This document shows, one piece after another, positions 28,202 to 38,047 of a DNA stretch of 64,000 nt (its first letter is position 1; every line of letters starts with the position of its first letter). The stretch spans positions 1,086,580-1,150,579 of the forward strand of contig OW818637.1 in the NCBI GenBank assembly GCA_942492745.1. Reading direction: 5' to 3'. The stretch comes from an uncultured beta proteobacterium (lineage in GTDB: Bacteria; Pseudomonadota; Gammaproteobacteria; Burkholderiales; Gallionellaceae). The notes under the pieces were generated by a model, which was not told the origin of the DNA, made no database searches, and saw nothing but the letters and a program-made list of their open reading frames with translations. Made by a program: the position numbers and the translations under genes.

Positions 28202-28492
28202 ATGAGGATCAGAAACGTCATCCATAAAGGGCCGCGCCGTTTCATCGAAACCGATGATGCGAGCGGCCTTCAACCCGCTGTCATTGAGAAGATCCGCCGG
28301 ATGGTCTCGTTTCTCCAAGATATGGAGCGCAAAGAGGAGTTGCGGACAGTACCGAGCTGGAAGGCACATATGCTCAGTGGGGATCGCAAGGGAACATGGA
28401 GTCTCTTTGTGACAAAGAACTGGCGAATGACGTTTCGGATCGATGCTGGCGAGATCGAGATTATCGACCTCGACTATGAAGATTACCACTAG
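28202..28492 (+). CDS. higB: HigB-like (RelE-fold) toxin
   Basis: MRIRNVIHKGPRRFIETDDASGLQP...SWKAHMLSGDRKGTWSLFVTKNWRMTFRID.GEIEIIDLDYEDYH matches the HigB 'plasmid maintenance system killer' family. Confidence 0.8.
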   Translation: MRIRNVIHKGPRRFIETDDASGLQPAVIEKIRRMVSFLQDMERKEELRTVPSWKAHMLSGDRKGTWSLFVTKNWRMTFRIDAGEIEIIDLDYEDYH

Positions 28493-28495
28493 GAG

Positions 28496-28834
28496 ATGGC
28501 CATGAGCGCAATTGCAGAAATTCGGTTGAAGAATCCCGCCCATCCCGGCGGCTTTATCCGGCATGAAATCATCGATCCGTTGGGTTTGACAGTGACGGCG
28601 GCAGCCGAGGCTCTGGGGGTTACGCGGGCCACGCTCTCGATGCTCCTCAACGAGCGAGCGCATCTGTCGTCTGAAATGGCGCTCAGGATTGAAAAGGCAT
28701 TCGGTGTTTCGATGGATACACTCATGCGCATGCAGAACAGCTTTGACATTGCTCAAGCGCGCAAGCGTGAAGGCGAAATCAAAGTAAGCCCGTTCAAGGG
28801 AATAGATAACACTGGCCATCCAGTCACGATCTAA
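28496..28834 (+). CDS. higA: HigA-family antitoxin (XRE HTH)
   Basis: HPGGFIRHEIIDPLGLTVTAAAEALGVTRATLSMLLNERAHLSSEMALRIEKAFG is a HigA/VapI-type HTH. It starts 4 nt after higB. Confidence 0.8.
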   Translation: MAMSAIAEIRLKNPAHPGGFIRHEIIDPLGLTVTAAAEALGVTRATLSMLLNERAHLSSEMALRIEKAFGVSMDTLMRMQNSFDIAQARKREGEIKVSPFKGIDNTGHPVTI

Positions 28835-28934
28835 TTGCCAGACCAATGAAAATGCCATTCACCTACGGTGCGCCGACGGACTCCTGGCAGCAAGCGTAGG
28901 CTACGCGTAATGCGGCAAGACCAGCTCCATTACC

Positions 28935-29210
28935 ATGTATTACAGCAAGAGCGGGCGGGTGCTGGAAGATGGCCAGGAACTGAAATTCTCATACAAGCCG
29001 GCCGGCGCATGCGCTACAGCTGTGGGGGTGAAATATCAGGTTAGCGGCGAAAACTGGGCACAAAATCAAGCCGGACAAGCCATTACCCGCCCCGGCGTGG
29101 TGGTGGAAACTACCGTCACCGACGCGCTGGGCAATAGCAACACTCAGCGTTTCAACAACGCTGGCCTCGCGACGGAAGCCGTGGACAGCCAGGGCCAGAA
29201 AGCGCGATAG
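28935..29210 (+). pseudogene. Internal Rhs-related fragment
   Basis: 91-aa ORF ending VTDALGNSNTQRFNNAGLATEAVDSQGQKA (YD-type repeat). It is isolated from any Rhs core end. Confidence 0.5.
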
Positions 29211-29329
29211 GTTGGGCTAAATGAAATTAACCCTCAACATCACAGATTGCGGATAAACAGACACGATTAACAACGCCTCAATCGCTAGACGTATTTCATA
29301 CCGAGCAGACAAAACAACGGGGGGTAAAA

Positions 29330-29566
29330 ATGAAAAAATTTAACTTGATATCATTCACCGGCATCATTTTTGCCATGGGCATGGCGACCACGTTTGGCCA
29401 GGCTTCCGCTGCGGTGATATACCAGTCCGCCAGCCTTGGCCCGGCTGACTGCTCGGCGGGTGGTTCCACTCTGGACAACACCCAGTTCCTCGGTGCCCGC
29501 TTCAGCTTGGGGTCAACGACAACACTCACGGGGGTAGGCGGGTGCATCTGCCCCAAACCCCCTTGA
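29330..29566 (+). pseudogene. 5' fragment of a decayed exported protein
   Basis: It has a signal peptide MKKFNLISFTGIIFAMGMATTFGQASA followed by about 50 aa. The reading then continues only in other frames. I cannot assign a family with confidence. Confidence 0.3.
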
Positions 29567-30497
29567 TTTGTTATCGCCACGACATAGCCCGACAACCACG
29601 GAAGGCTCCCTCCCACTACATCCCTTATGGTCCAAAGTTCGTGATACAGCTATCACTCTTGGTATCCGATTATAGACCTAAAAACATCAGTTTAAACCAC
29701 TCGATTTATCTGGAACTGGAATCGGTAATGATAGTTGCATTTTGAATATGCAGCCGCTTCGCTTCCTATCGGCTATTGAACTGTATGCCGAGTTTACCCG
29801 CCACTACAACATGTACCACGGTCGGTGCGTCAACCAAGCACGAGGCAGAAAATGGCACATTTGACAAGAGTGAGCGGCAATTGAACCCGCTGCCTACATA
29901 ACTTTAATGAACAACCCCGCAGCAAGCTGATGGTTCGAGTGTAAGTAAAGCTTACGCTGCAAGCGGCGGGGAATTCAACCCGAAGAGATTAAACTGGAAA
30001 AACCGAGCGCATGCCGCAGTTGGTCTGACGAGAAGGATTGAACGCAATGGTATAGAATTAGTTACATCAAGCACACAAAATCGCCAGTCGAGACGGCCTT
30101 CAAATTTGTTCTCGGGCCGGCCGCACTTTCTGTTTGCCGAGCCTGGATGAGAAAAAGTCGCTAATTATATGATCCAGTGGGCCAAAAAAAATGTCTAAGA
30201 GAAATGCGAAAAGGCTCATGATTCAGCTAGCGCTATCTGAAATATCATCAGCTTCGCCGCTACCCGGAGAAACTGGGACTCGACATGCAGCACTACAACA
30301 CCGGGATGGACGACTAACCTTATCTGCAACGTATTACAGCTTGCGATCGACCTGCAGGAGGATGCTCCGGAAAATACGCGACAATTTGGAAATCAAGACC
30401 AGGATAAGACGCGTCGCCGCGCAGGTAATGCAAAACAAGCGCGCCTCTGCTCTTGCAGTGAAAGCGAGACAAAGCCGTTTTGCGACGTTAACCATGT

Positions 30498-32381
30498 GTG
30501 CGTCGGATTCAAAAGTCCATTTGTAATTTGGAGGTTAACAAAGTGAGCAACACGCATATCAGCAGGCTTGATCCGCCGGTGCATAGTCGCTTTGACCACG
30601 CGCTGGGCGATGACGGGGCTGAAATCACGCTCGTGGAATATGGCAGCTACAACTGCTCGTACTGTCAGGCCGCACATGATGTTGTTGCCAATTTGCGAGA
30701 TCGCTTTGGCGAGCGGATGCGCTATGTGTTCCGTCACCGTCCTATTCGTGGCAATGACAAGGCACGCCGGGCCGCCGATCTGGCCGAATACGCTCACGAG
30801 ACCACAGGTCGATACTGGGAAACACACGATGCACTGATGAAACTCGGGCCCACGCTCGAGCACATTGATTTAGAAACGTTGGCTACGAAACTTGGCTTGC
30901 CTCTGCGTGACGCGTCCACGGAAGCGGCTTGGAGCCGAGCACAGGCGAAGGTCGAGGCGGATATCAGCAGCAGCAGACGTAGTGGCGCGCCCGTATCACC
31001 GACTTTATTCATTAATAGTCGGCGATACGAAGGGCCATGGGATGAAAATACACTTGCCGAAGCCATGCTCGGATCGCTCGGTCACAGGGTGCAGACTATA
31101 GCTCTGGACTTTGCACGATGGGCTCCATCAACTGGGTTACTGCTCTTGGCGATGTCAATCTTGGCAGTTATTGTGGTTAATTCGCCGCTCGGTCCGACGT
31201 TCGAAGCATTGTGGAATCTGCCAACCGGTCTGACGGCAGGGAAAATGGAGTTCCAGCTACCGGTGCGGGAATGGATCAACGATTGTTTGCTGACGATATT
31301 CTTCTTGGTTGTTGGGCTGGAAATCAAGCGCGAATTAACGGTTGGCCGTCTTGCCGCTCGGCGCGCGGCAGCGCTGCCGTTGGCTGCGGCTCTCGGGGGC
31401 ATGCTCGTTCCTGCGATCATTTATCTGCTGGTGGTGCCGGCTGGACCGCTGGCCAGTGGATGGGCAATCCCGACCACCACAGATACCGCCTTTGCGGTGG
31501 CCTTGATTGCCCTGCTTGGAAGACGCGTGCCCGTAGAATTGCGTATATTCCTGACAGCGGCGGTCGTGGTCGATGATCTTGTGGCTATTGCGCTTGTTAC
31601 TGTATTCTATTCCGGGCACATTGACCCGTTCAATGCAGCCGCCGCAGCTATTGTGACCGGGCTGTTGCTGTTGCTTAACCGCGGTGGAGTCTACCGCGCG
31701 CTTCCATACGCGCTTCTGGGGATCAGCTTATGGATATTCCTGCATGGCGCCGGGCTGCACGCCACCCTCGCAGGGGTGATCGTTGCAGTCCTTACACCAA
31801 CCCGACCACCAGCGAATCTGGCGGCATTGATGGCGCAGGCCGAGTCGGTGATTCATGCCGAACTGCGCCATCCGGAAGAGAGAGTTCTGCGACGCGGGCC
31901 GTCGGAGTCATCAATGCGCGCCCTTGATACCATTCACGACCGGATCGAATCCCCGGCCGATAAGCTACTGCGGACGGTTGAACCGTGGTCCAGCTACTTG
32001 GTGCTGCCATTATTCGCACTCGCCAACGCAGGCCTCGTTTTTTCCATGGAGGTCGTCGGCGGACGAGAGCCGCTGATCCTTGCCATCATGCTGGGGCTGG
32101 TTGTGGGTAAACCGCTCGGCATGGTCGCAGCAGCCGCTATTGCGGTTCGAATGGGATTGGCCGTCAAACCCGATGCCTACTCCTGGCGACAAATGATCGG
32201 CGCTGGCGCACTGGCCGGCATTGGGTTTACGATGTCGCTCTACATCGCTGCCAAGGCATTCCCGGATGACTCGGACTTCGCTGCAGCAAAAATTGGTGTG
32301 TTCCTTGCGTCCTTTCTTGCGGGTGCGCTGGGAGCCTTACTTCTCTGGCAGCAAGGAAAAAGTATGACGAAACACTCCTGA
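30498..32381 (+). CDS. nhaA: DsbA/thioredoxin-like domain fused to a Na+/H+ antiporter NhaA
   Basis: The N-terminal roughly 190 aa contain [18 protein letters not shown] (CxxC) and [12 protein letters not shown]. The rest has [29 protein letters not shown] and VVDDLVAI, which are NhaA signatures. A GTG at 30543 is an alternative start. The gene is GC-rich. Confidence 0.85.
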   Translation: MRRIQKSICNLEVNKVSNTHISRLDPPVHSRFDHALGDDGAEITLVEYGSYNCSYCQAAHDVVANLRDRFGERMRYVFRHRPIRGNDKARRAADLAEYAHETTGRYWETHDALMKLGPTLEHIDLETLATKLGLPLRDASTEAAWSRAQAKVEADISSSRRSGAPVSPTLFINSRRYEGPWDENTLAEAMLGSLGHRVQTIALDFARWAPSTGLLLLAMSILAVIVVNSPLGPTFEALWNLPTGLTAGKMEFQLPVREWINDCLLTIFFLVVGLEIKRELTVGRLAARRAAALPLAAALGGMLVPAIIYLLVVPAGPLASGWAIPTTTDTAFAVALIALLGRRVPVELRIFLTAAVVVDDLVAIALVTVFYSGHIDPFNAAAAAIVTGLLLLLNRGGVYRALPYALLGISLWIFLHGAGLHATLAGVIVAVLTPTRPPANLAALMAQAESVIHAELRHPEERVLRRGPSESSMRALDTIHDRIESPADKLLRTVEPWSSYLVLPLFALANAGLVFSMEVVGGREPLILAIMLGLVVGKPLGMVAAAAIAVRMGLAVKPDAYSWRQMIGAGALAGIGFTMSLYIAAKAFPDDSDFAAAKIGVFLASFLAGALGALLLWQQGKSMTKHS

Positions 32382-32530
32382 GCGTCAACGAACGGCAGAT
32401 TCAAGGAGCAACCACGGCAGTTAATGTTTAATCGCGGATTCAGCTCGGAAATGCTGACGTCCGTTAGATTCTACCAATGGAAATTGAGCCAGAGTTTGCA
32501 TTGGCGCACCTAAAATTGGCGCACCCAAAA

Positions 32531-33223
32531 TCAATGATAATCACCCACGGTTAGCGAAAGTCCGTTGTCTTTCGGGCCAAGGCCGAGCAGCCACGGTACC
32601 GCAGTTTTCGCCCATTTTTCGGCGGTAGGATAATCCCGTGCTTGCGAACCGAAGGTACTGCGCAGCATATCCGTATTAATGATGCCAGGATTCAGGGGGA
32701 TCGCCGCCATTCCCTGTGGCAGTTCTTGAGCTAATGCCTTGGTCAGACCTTCCATTGCCCACTTGGTCGCGCAATAAGGGGCGACTTCCGCATCGGTTGA
32801 GCGCCCCCAGCCAGAGCTAAAATTGACAATGACACCACTCCGCTTGGCTACCATTGCGGGTACGAAATGCCGGATAACATTGGCTACTCCCTTTATGTTC
32901 ACATCGACGACCATGGAGAATTCACTGGCAGGCACTTTCCAAAGCGGCGCATTACGGTTGACGAGTGCGGCATTGTTTATCAGTAGGTCGGGGAAACCAG
33001 CCAAGCTCAGGCAATGTTTTGCCCAATCACGCACAGCCTCATCGTTGGTGACGTCCACCACCTCGAAGCGACTGTCTGGCCCATTAAGGTTATTGAGCTC
33101 ATGAATCGCATCCTCTGATCGTCCGCAACCTAAAACCCGGTGGCCGAGGCGAATAAACCCCTCGGTCATGGCACGCCCCAATCCACGGTTTACTCCTGTA
33201 ATGACAATCACTTTGGAAGTCAT
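32531..33223 (-). CDS. SDR-family oxidoreductase
   Basis: VIVITGVNRGLGRA (TGxxxGxG), NNAA and YCATKWA (YxxxK) are present. The ORF is 230 aa. Confidence 0.85.
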   Translation of the reverse strand: MTSKVIVITGVNRGLGRAMTEGFIRLGHRVLGCGRSEDAIHELNNLNGPDSRFEVVDVTNDEAVRDWAKHCLSLAGFPDLLINNAALVNRNAPLWKVPASEFSMVVDVNIKGVANVIRHFVPAMVAKRSGVIVNFSSGWGRSTDAEVAPYCATKWAMEGLTKALAQELPQGMAAIPLNPGIINTDMLRSTFGSQARDYPTAEKWAKTAVPWLLGLGPKDNGLSLTVGDYH

Positions 33224-33286
33224 GAGATCACCAATTTATTCATTTACTTGTACCCACTCGATACGCAGTGTTCAAGTGAATGTTAG

Positions 33287-34351
33287 CTACAATTTAGCTC
33301 GTTGATATTGCGGTGGCCAATGGATGTCACCACCCAAGCTTTCCGCAGCTTGGAGGGGCCAGGTGGGATTTCTCAGCAATTCACGGCCAATGGATACCGC
33401 ATCCGCCTGTTCCGTGACAAGAATGTGTTCGGCTTGCATTACATTGGTAATCAAACCGACAGTGCTGACCATCACTCCTGTTTCCCTGCGAATAGTGGCG
33501 GCGAAAGATGTCTGGTACCCTGGCGCTGTCGGCACTGACGCATCAGGGACAAGCCCACCAGAAGAAACATCGACCATATCGACCCCAATGGATTTAAGTT
33601 TCCGAACCAATTCGATGGAACCAGGCAAATCCCACCCGCCTTCCACCCAGTCAGTTGCGGAAATACGAACCATCACGGGCTTGTCATCAGGCCACAACTC
33701 CCGCACGATTTTCGCTACCTGCAAGGGCAGCCGGGAACGGTTTTCGAAATTGCCTCCATATGAATCGGTGCGAAGGTTAGTCAATGGCGAAAGGAACTCA
33801 TGCAGCAGGTAGCCGTGAGCCATGTGAATTATCAGTGTCTCGAACCCCGCCTTAATCGCACGTTTTGTGGCTTCTGCGAATTGGTTCACGACATTGTCAA
33901 TGTCGGCCTGAGTCATTTCTTTTGGAATGCAGCTGTCAGGAGAAAACGGTAGCGCGCTTGGCGCGAGTGGCTGCCAGCCACCATTTTTCTGTTTTATAGG
34001 CAACCCGTCTTTCCATGGCTGATCGCTACAAGCCTTGCGCCCAGCATGGGCAATCTGAATTGCGGGTGTCGCTCCTTGCTCCTTGATGAAAGATACGATG
34101 GGGCAAAGTGCCTCTGCTTGCTGGTCTGTCCATAAACCTAAATCATATGGAGTGATGCGACCTTCGGGGGAAACAGCCGTGGCCTCCATCATTACCAGGC
34201 CGACACCCCCTGCGGCCCTGGCTCCGTAATGTACGAGATGCCAATCACTAGGCATACCATCATGGGCGGAGTATTGGCACATCGGTGCCATGAATATGCG
34301 GTTTCTTATTTCCACCTTGCGTAAACGAATTGGCGTGAATAGTCTGCTCAT
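33287..34351 (-). CDS. namA: NADH:flavin oxidoreductase, Old Yellow Enzyme family (YqjM/NamA-like)
   Basis: IRNRIFMAPMCQYSA, IQIAHAGRK and IHMAHGYLLHEFLSPLTNLRTDSYGG are classic OYE motifs. Confidence 0.9.
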   Translation of the reverse strand: MSRLFTPIRLRKVEIRNRIFMAPMCQYSAHDGMPSDWHLVHYGARAAGGVGLVMMEATAVSPEGRITPYDLGLWTDQQAEALCPIVSFIKEQGATPAIQIAHAGRKACSDQPWKDGLPIKQKNGGWQPLAPSALPFSPDSCIPKEMTQADIDNVVNQFAEATKRAIKAGFETLIIHMAHGYLLHEFLSPLTNLRTDSYGGNFENRSRLPLQVAKIVRELWPDDKPVMVRISATDWVEGGWDLPGSIELVRKLKSIGVDMVDVSSGGLVPDASVPTAPGYQTSFAATIRRETGVMVSTVGLITNVMQAEHILVTEQADAVSIGRELLRNPTWPLQAAESLGGDIHWPPQYQRAKL

Positions 34352-34489
34352 GCTTTTTATTCCTCCTTTTATTCTATTCCTTAAATTACAGGAGCAAACT
34401 TTGTGGGTGATTGAATGCGTTGACCTATGGAATCATTCAAGGAATAAGCACAATGCTCAAAACACTCAACTACCTTTCGCAGTGGTTTC

Positions 34490-34891
34490 TCAGATGTATA
34501 TTCCTTTATGAGCAGGGATGACAATTGGATTGTCACCTGCCTGAAAGATGAATAGTCCCACAAAGAAACTGAGAACCGCAATGAAGATGCTCGCAAAAAA
34601 TGCCGTCCAAAATCCCGATACCTTAAAGCCCGGAACAAGAGATGACACCAGAAGCATCATCAGCGCATTGATAACCAGCAGAAAAAAACCGAAACTGATA
34701 AGTGTTAACGGTATGGTAAGCAATATGACGACAGGTCTAATGACCGCATTGGCGAGACCCAACAATAGCGCCGATACAAACAAAGATTGTTTATTTGAAA
34801 AAGAAATACCGTGGAATATGAGGCCCGCAACCCATAGCGAAAGCGCAGTTATGCCCCAGTGAGCCAAAAATTCCATTATGTTATTCATCAT
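34490..34891 (-). CDS. Phage-holin-4-like (DUF360/YvlD) small membrane protein
   Basis: 133 aa with four TM segments. LGLANAVIRPVVILLTIPLTLISFGFFLLVINALMMLL is typical of this family. Confidence 0.6.
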   Translation of the reverse strand: MMNNIMEFLAHWGITALSLWVAGLIFHGISFSNKQSLFVSALLLGLANAVIRPVVILLTIPLTLISFGFFLLVINALMMLLVSSLVPGFKVSGFWTAFFASIFIAVLSFFVGLFIFQAGDNPIVIPAHKGIYI

Positions 34892-34998
34892 AATCGGGAC
34901 ACCAACTCCGTTCCATCATTCTTTTAGGTTTTAATTCCTGAGCGATTGCTCTGGGTCGGATATAAACATTACACCCTCCTGTGATTGTCTTCTAGGCC

Positions 34999-36258
34999 TT
35001 GAGTTTTACTATACCGAAAGACAGATACAATCATACCCGTGCTCGATTAATCCACTGGAATTATGCGACCTCTCTCAGTCTGCAACGCGAGAACCACCTG
35101 TTACTCACTCTCGCTGGCATTCAGTTCATTAACATTCTCGATTTCATGATTTATGATGCCGCTCGGCCCTATCCTGATGAGTTCGTTCGGCATGAACACA
35201 CATGAGTTCGGACTTCTTGTCTCGTCGTACAGCTTCAGTTCCGCCTTGTCAGGATTATTGGCTGCGACGTTTGTTGATCGCTTCGAACGCAAACGATTGC
35301 TGCTATCCGTATCTATTTTGTTCGGGCTATCAACGCTGGTATGCGGACTGGCCCCCGGTTATTCCACGCTAATTGTCGCACGCGGTTTGGCAGGAATGTT
35401 TGGCGGCATAATGGGAGCGATGGTGCAAACCATATTTGGCGATGTAATTCCGTTCGAACGTCGCGCACATGCCAGCGGCGTAGTTTCGACTGCCTTTTCG
35501 ATTTCCACAGTTGCCGGTGTACCGCTATCGTTGTGGTTGGCTAATCACGTAGGATGGCGCGTACCGTTTATTCTGATCGCAGGGTTAGCAGTATTGTTCG
35601 TCCTCATCGGCCTGCCCATCTTGCCGGAACTGCGCCAGCACATTAGTACGAACAGGCGCGATCACCCTTTTGCGGCAATGTTTGCTGTGTTGCGCGACAT
35701 TAACCATCAACACGCCTTGCTATTTTCCGCGCTGATCATTTTTGCCGGCTTCACTGTGATTCCCTATATAACTCTTTACGCAGTAAGCAACGTCGGTATT
35801 TCGCAACATGACATCCCATTCGTCTACCTTGCAGGCGGTGCGGTAACTTTGATTTCTGCTCGACGGATTGGTCGTTGGGCTGACCTGCACGGAAAGGTAA
35901 AAGTCTATCGATTGGTAGCCGCCGCTGCATTGTTGCCACTATTTGCAGTAAGCCAAATCGGGATCGTACCGCTATGGCTGTGGCTGATTTGTACCACAAT
36001 ATTTTTCGTGCTGGTTTCTGGTCGCATGATTCCTGCGATGGCCATCATTACCTCGGCCGCGCAACCGAAACTGCTCGGCACCTTCATGTCACTCAACGCT
36101 AAAATGCAATCATTCGCCATGGGCTTGGCAACCACATATCATCACACAAGATGGAGCGGGGAAAATCGCCGGGTATGCAACGGTAGGGTATATAGCAATG
36201 ACAGCGAATGTATTGGCAATACTATTTGTGTCACGCATCGTGATGCACCATCAAAAAT
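34999..36258 (+). pseudogene. MFS transporter gene with two frameshifts
   Basis: The N-terminal helix LLLTLAGIQFINILDFMI is in one frame (34999-35205). The body, MMPLGPILMS..., is in the next, implying an extra nucleotide near 35150. After ..AMGLATT (about 36135) the hydrophobic C-terminus GKIAGYATVGYIAMTANVLAILFVSRIVMHHQK* is readable only in a third frame, ending at 36258. Confidence 0.6.
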
Positions 36259-36289
36259 AGATTGTGTTTCTGCTATGACAGTCCAACCC

Positions 36290-36481
36290 TGGTCATGGCG
36301 TTCTGCACAAATGTCGCTGAAATTGGCCCTGGCTCGCGGACACCGATGGTTGGAAATGCTGGAGTCGGAAGAGGTCAAATCGCTGCGAGAACTTGCTAGT
36401 TGCGAAGATCTAGATAACAGTTGCGCCAGCTGTACCTCGAACTTGAATCTGCCTATAGTTGACTATGACATACGAAAATAA
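36290..36481 (+). pseudogene. C-terminal fragment of a recombinase-associated protein
   Basis: LALARGHRWLEMLESEEVKSLRELASCEDLDNS resembles the KALARAxRWxxMLESGEfxSixELAxxExxxxSY tail of resolvase/recombinase-family proteins. It has no catalytic domain and no start of its own. Confidence 0.3.
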
Positions 36482-36929
36482 ATTGACCTTCCTAACCCAT
36501 CATGTTGAAATCCTGCGCTCCAGCTATCAACACTGGACTGGGAAACCAAACTTTGATAATGGCATCAGTCAAGACAATGCTGTTGAAGCACTTTTTTTGG
36601 CTCCATTCGCAGTTCTTTCCCACGGCATCGGGGTAGACCCAATATTCAATTATGGTAACCAGCGGGCGCTGGATATGTTCGAAATGAGCTGGGAGGCGTT
36701 TACTGTTCTGCCATCACGCCTATCGGCTGAAACAGTAAATCAAAAAGAGCGGATTAAGCTGCTGGATGCAGTTACCAGACATGGATACATTAATAACTAT
36801 TCTGGTATCCGTATCTCGAAGTCTGGTCGGCGTTTCATGATCCGTGACGCCACAGTATGGAATTTGATGATACCAGATGGTCAGTATTATGGCCAAGCTG
36901 CACTCATCCGAGACTGGGAATACCTTTAG
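36465..36929 (+). CDS. MEKHLA-domain protein
   Basis: PIFNYGNQRALDMFEMSWEAFTVLPSRLSAE...ERIKLLDAV..HGYINNYSGIRISKSGRRFMIRDATVWNL matches bacterial MEKHLA-domain proteins. The last base of its TAG stop is the first base of MITE copy B. Confidence 0.6.
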   Translation: MTYENKLTFLTHHVEILRSSYQHWTGKPNFDNGISQDNAVEALFLAPFAVLSHGIGVDPIFNYGNQRALDMFEMSWEAFTVLPSRLSAETVNQKERIKLLDAVTRHGYINNYSGIRISKSGRRFMIRDATVWNLMIPDGQYYGQAALIRDWEYL

Positions 36930-37069
36930 GGCACCTCTAAAAATCCAATTTTCGTCACAATACGGCGTTACTCGAAAAAAATTATCGCTTACATATCAAC
37001 TATATGCAGCGCTCAAATTTTTTATTCGCGCCTTGTCTTGCCTAGAAACTTGAATTTTTAGAGGCGCCC
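36929..37069. mobile_element. 141-bp foldback MITE-like element, copy B (inverted relative to copy A)
   Basis: It runs gggcacctctaaaaat...atttttagaggcgccc. It aligns base for base with the reverse complement of 3991-4131, with only a handful of substitutions. It is flanked by TTTA on both sides. Confidence 0.7.
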
Positions 37070-37390
37070 TTTAATTTCTACGATGGCACCGTTAAATACT
37101 TCACAGACTTTCTCTCAAGTCGCTCCAATTAGGTAGTTGATTCGCAATAACGAGGCAGTAGATTTTTTACCGTTATGCTACAAGGGATACTGCCTTTTAC
37201 GGGTAGCGTCGCAATACCCACAGCCCGATGGAATACTGATTAGAAACTGCGACCATTGGAATTCATGAATAACTTCATTAACAAGAAATATTGTTTAACT
37301 TTAAACATTCTAGACCGATAACAAGTTCGTGGATATCGAACTTGAATCCACTTAATTAAAATTTAGATAATTAAGGTGCGAGGATTGGAT

Positions 37391-37759
37391 ATGGATAGCA
37401 AAATTACATTTATCAAAACCAACAAGGGTGAGGACGAAAGTAAAAGGATAACTAATTATTTATCCAATGATATCAAGCGTGCATTCTGTTTAATTGATAA
37501 CAGGTCCACTGTAAAAGAGCTGATGAAACGGGCTGCGCCCAGCTTACGTGTATCGCTTGAGTATATGCTACAGGAACTGATCAATGGAGGCTTTATTCAA
37601 GATAAAGACAAGGTGGATTGCGTTGCTAATATTGCGATTCCACGCGACAGACGTGTGAATAGTGCTGACAAGACATATATTGGCCGAGATCGGCGGAAGG
37701 CGACACCGTTACGACTTACTGAGTGCCAGATAAGCTCACAGAAAATACGGCCTAGTTAA
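37391..37759 (+). CDS. Hypothetical protein (basic DRR-rich tail)
   Basis: An ORF with plausible codon usage, starting MDSKITFIKTNKGEDE.. and carrying a C-terminal RDRR...GRDRRK tail. I recognise no family. Confidence 0.35.
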   Translation: MDSKITFIKTNKGEDESKRITNYLSNDIKRAFCLIDNRSTVKELMKRAAPSLRVSLEYMLQELINGGFIQDKDKVDCVANIAIPRDRRVNSADKTYIGRDRRKATPLRLTECQISSQKIRPS

Positions 37760-38047
37760 TTAATGCAACAAAACTATTATGTATGCCTATCTGATTAAAC
37801 TTTGACATTTGTAAGGCAATTAAAATCATGTATTTAAAAAATCGAGAAATTGCATTCGTAATGTAGAACAAATTATTTATCTAGATAGTCCGCTATACAG
37901 TGCGTTTGCTGTCTTTCAGGTTTTGGGAGTCAATTTCAACAACCGGCCAGAAGTAGCCGATCAAGCATCCTCTTCACCTCAGACGAAAGCTGTATGTTCT
38001 CCAGATGCTCGGGCTGAGCCGTCCAATCGCAATAGAAAGAAATCAAT

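Noticed and set aside
28196-28858. 220-aa ORF on the minus strand.
   Set aside because: It lies entirely antisense to the well-supported higB-higA pair. It has no recognisable motifs and is a typical shadow ORF in GC-rich coding DNA.
30191-30526. 111-aa plus-strand ORF upstream of nhaA, and the 156-aa minus-strand ORF at 30393-30863.
   Set aside because: The translations are Arg/Ser-rich with no motifs. The second is antisense to the dsbA-nhaA gene.
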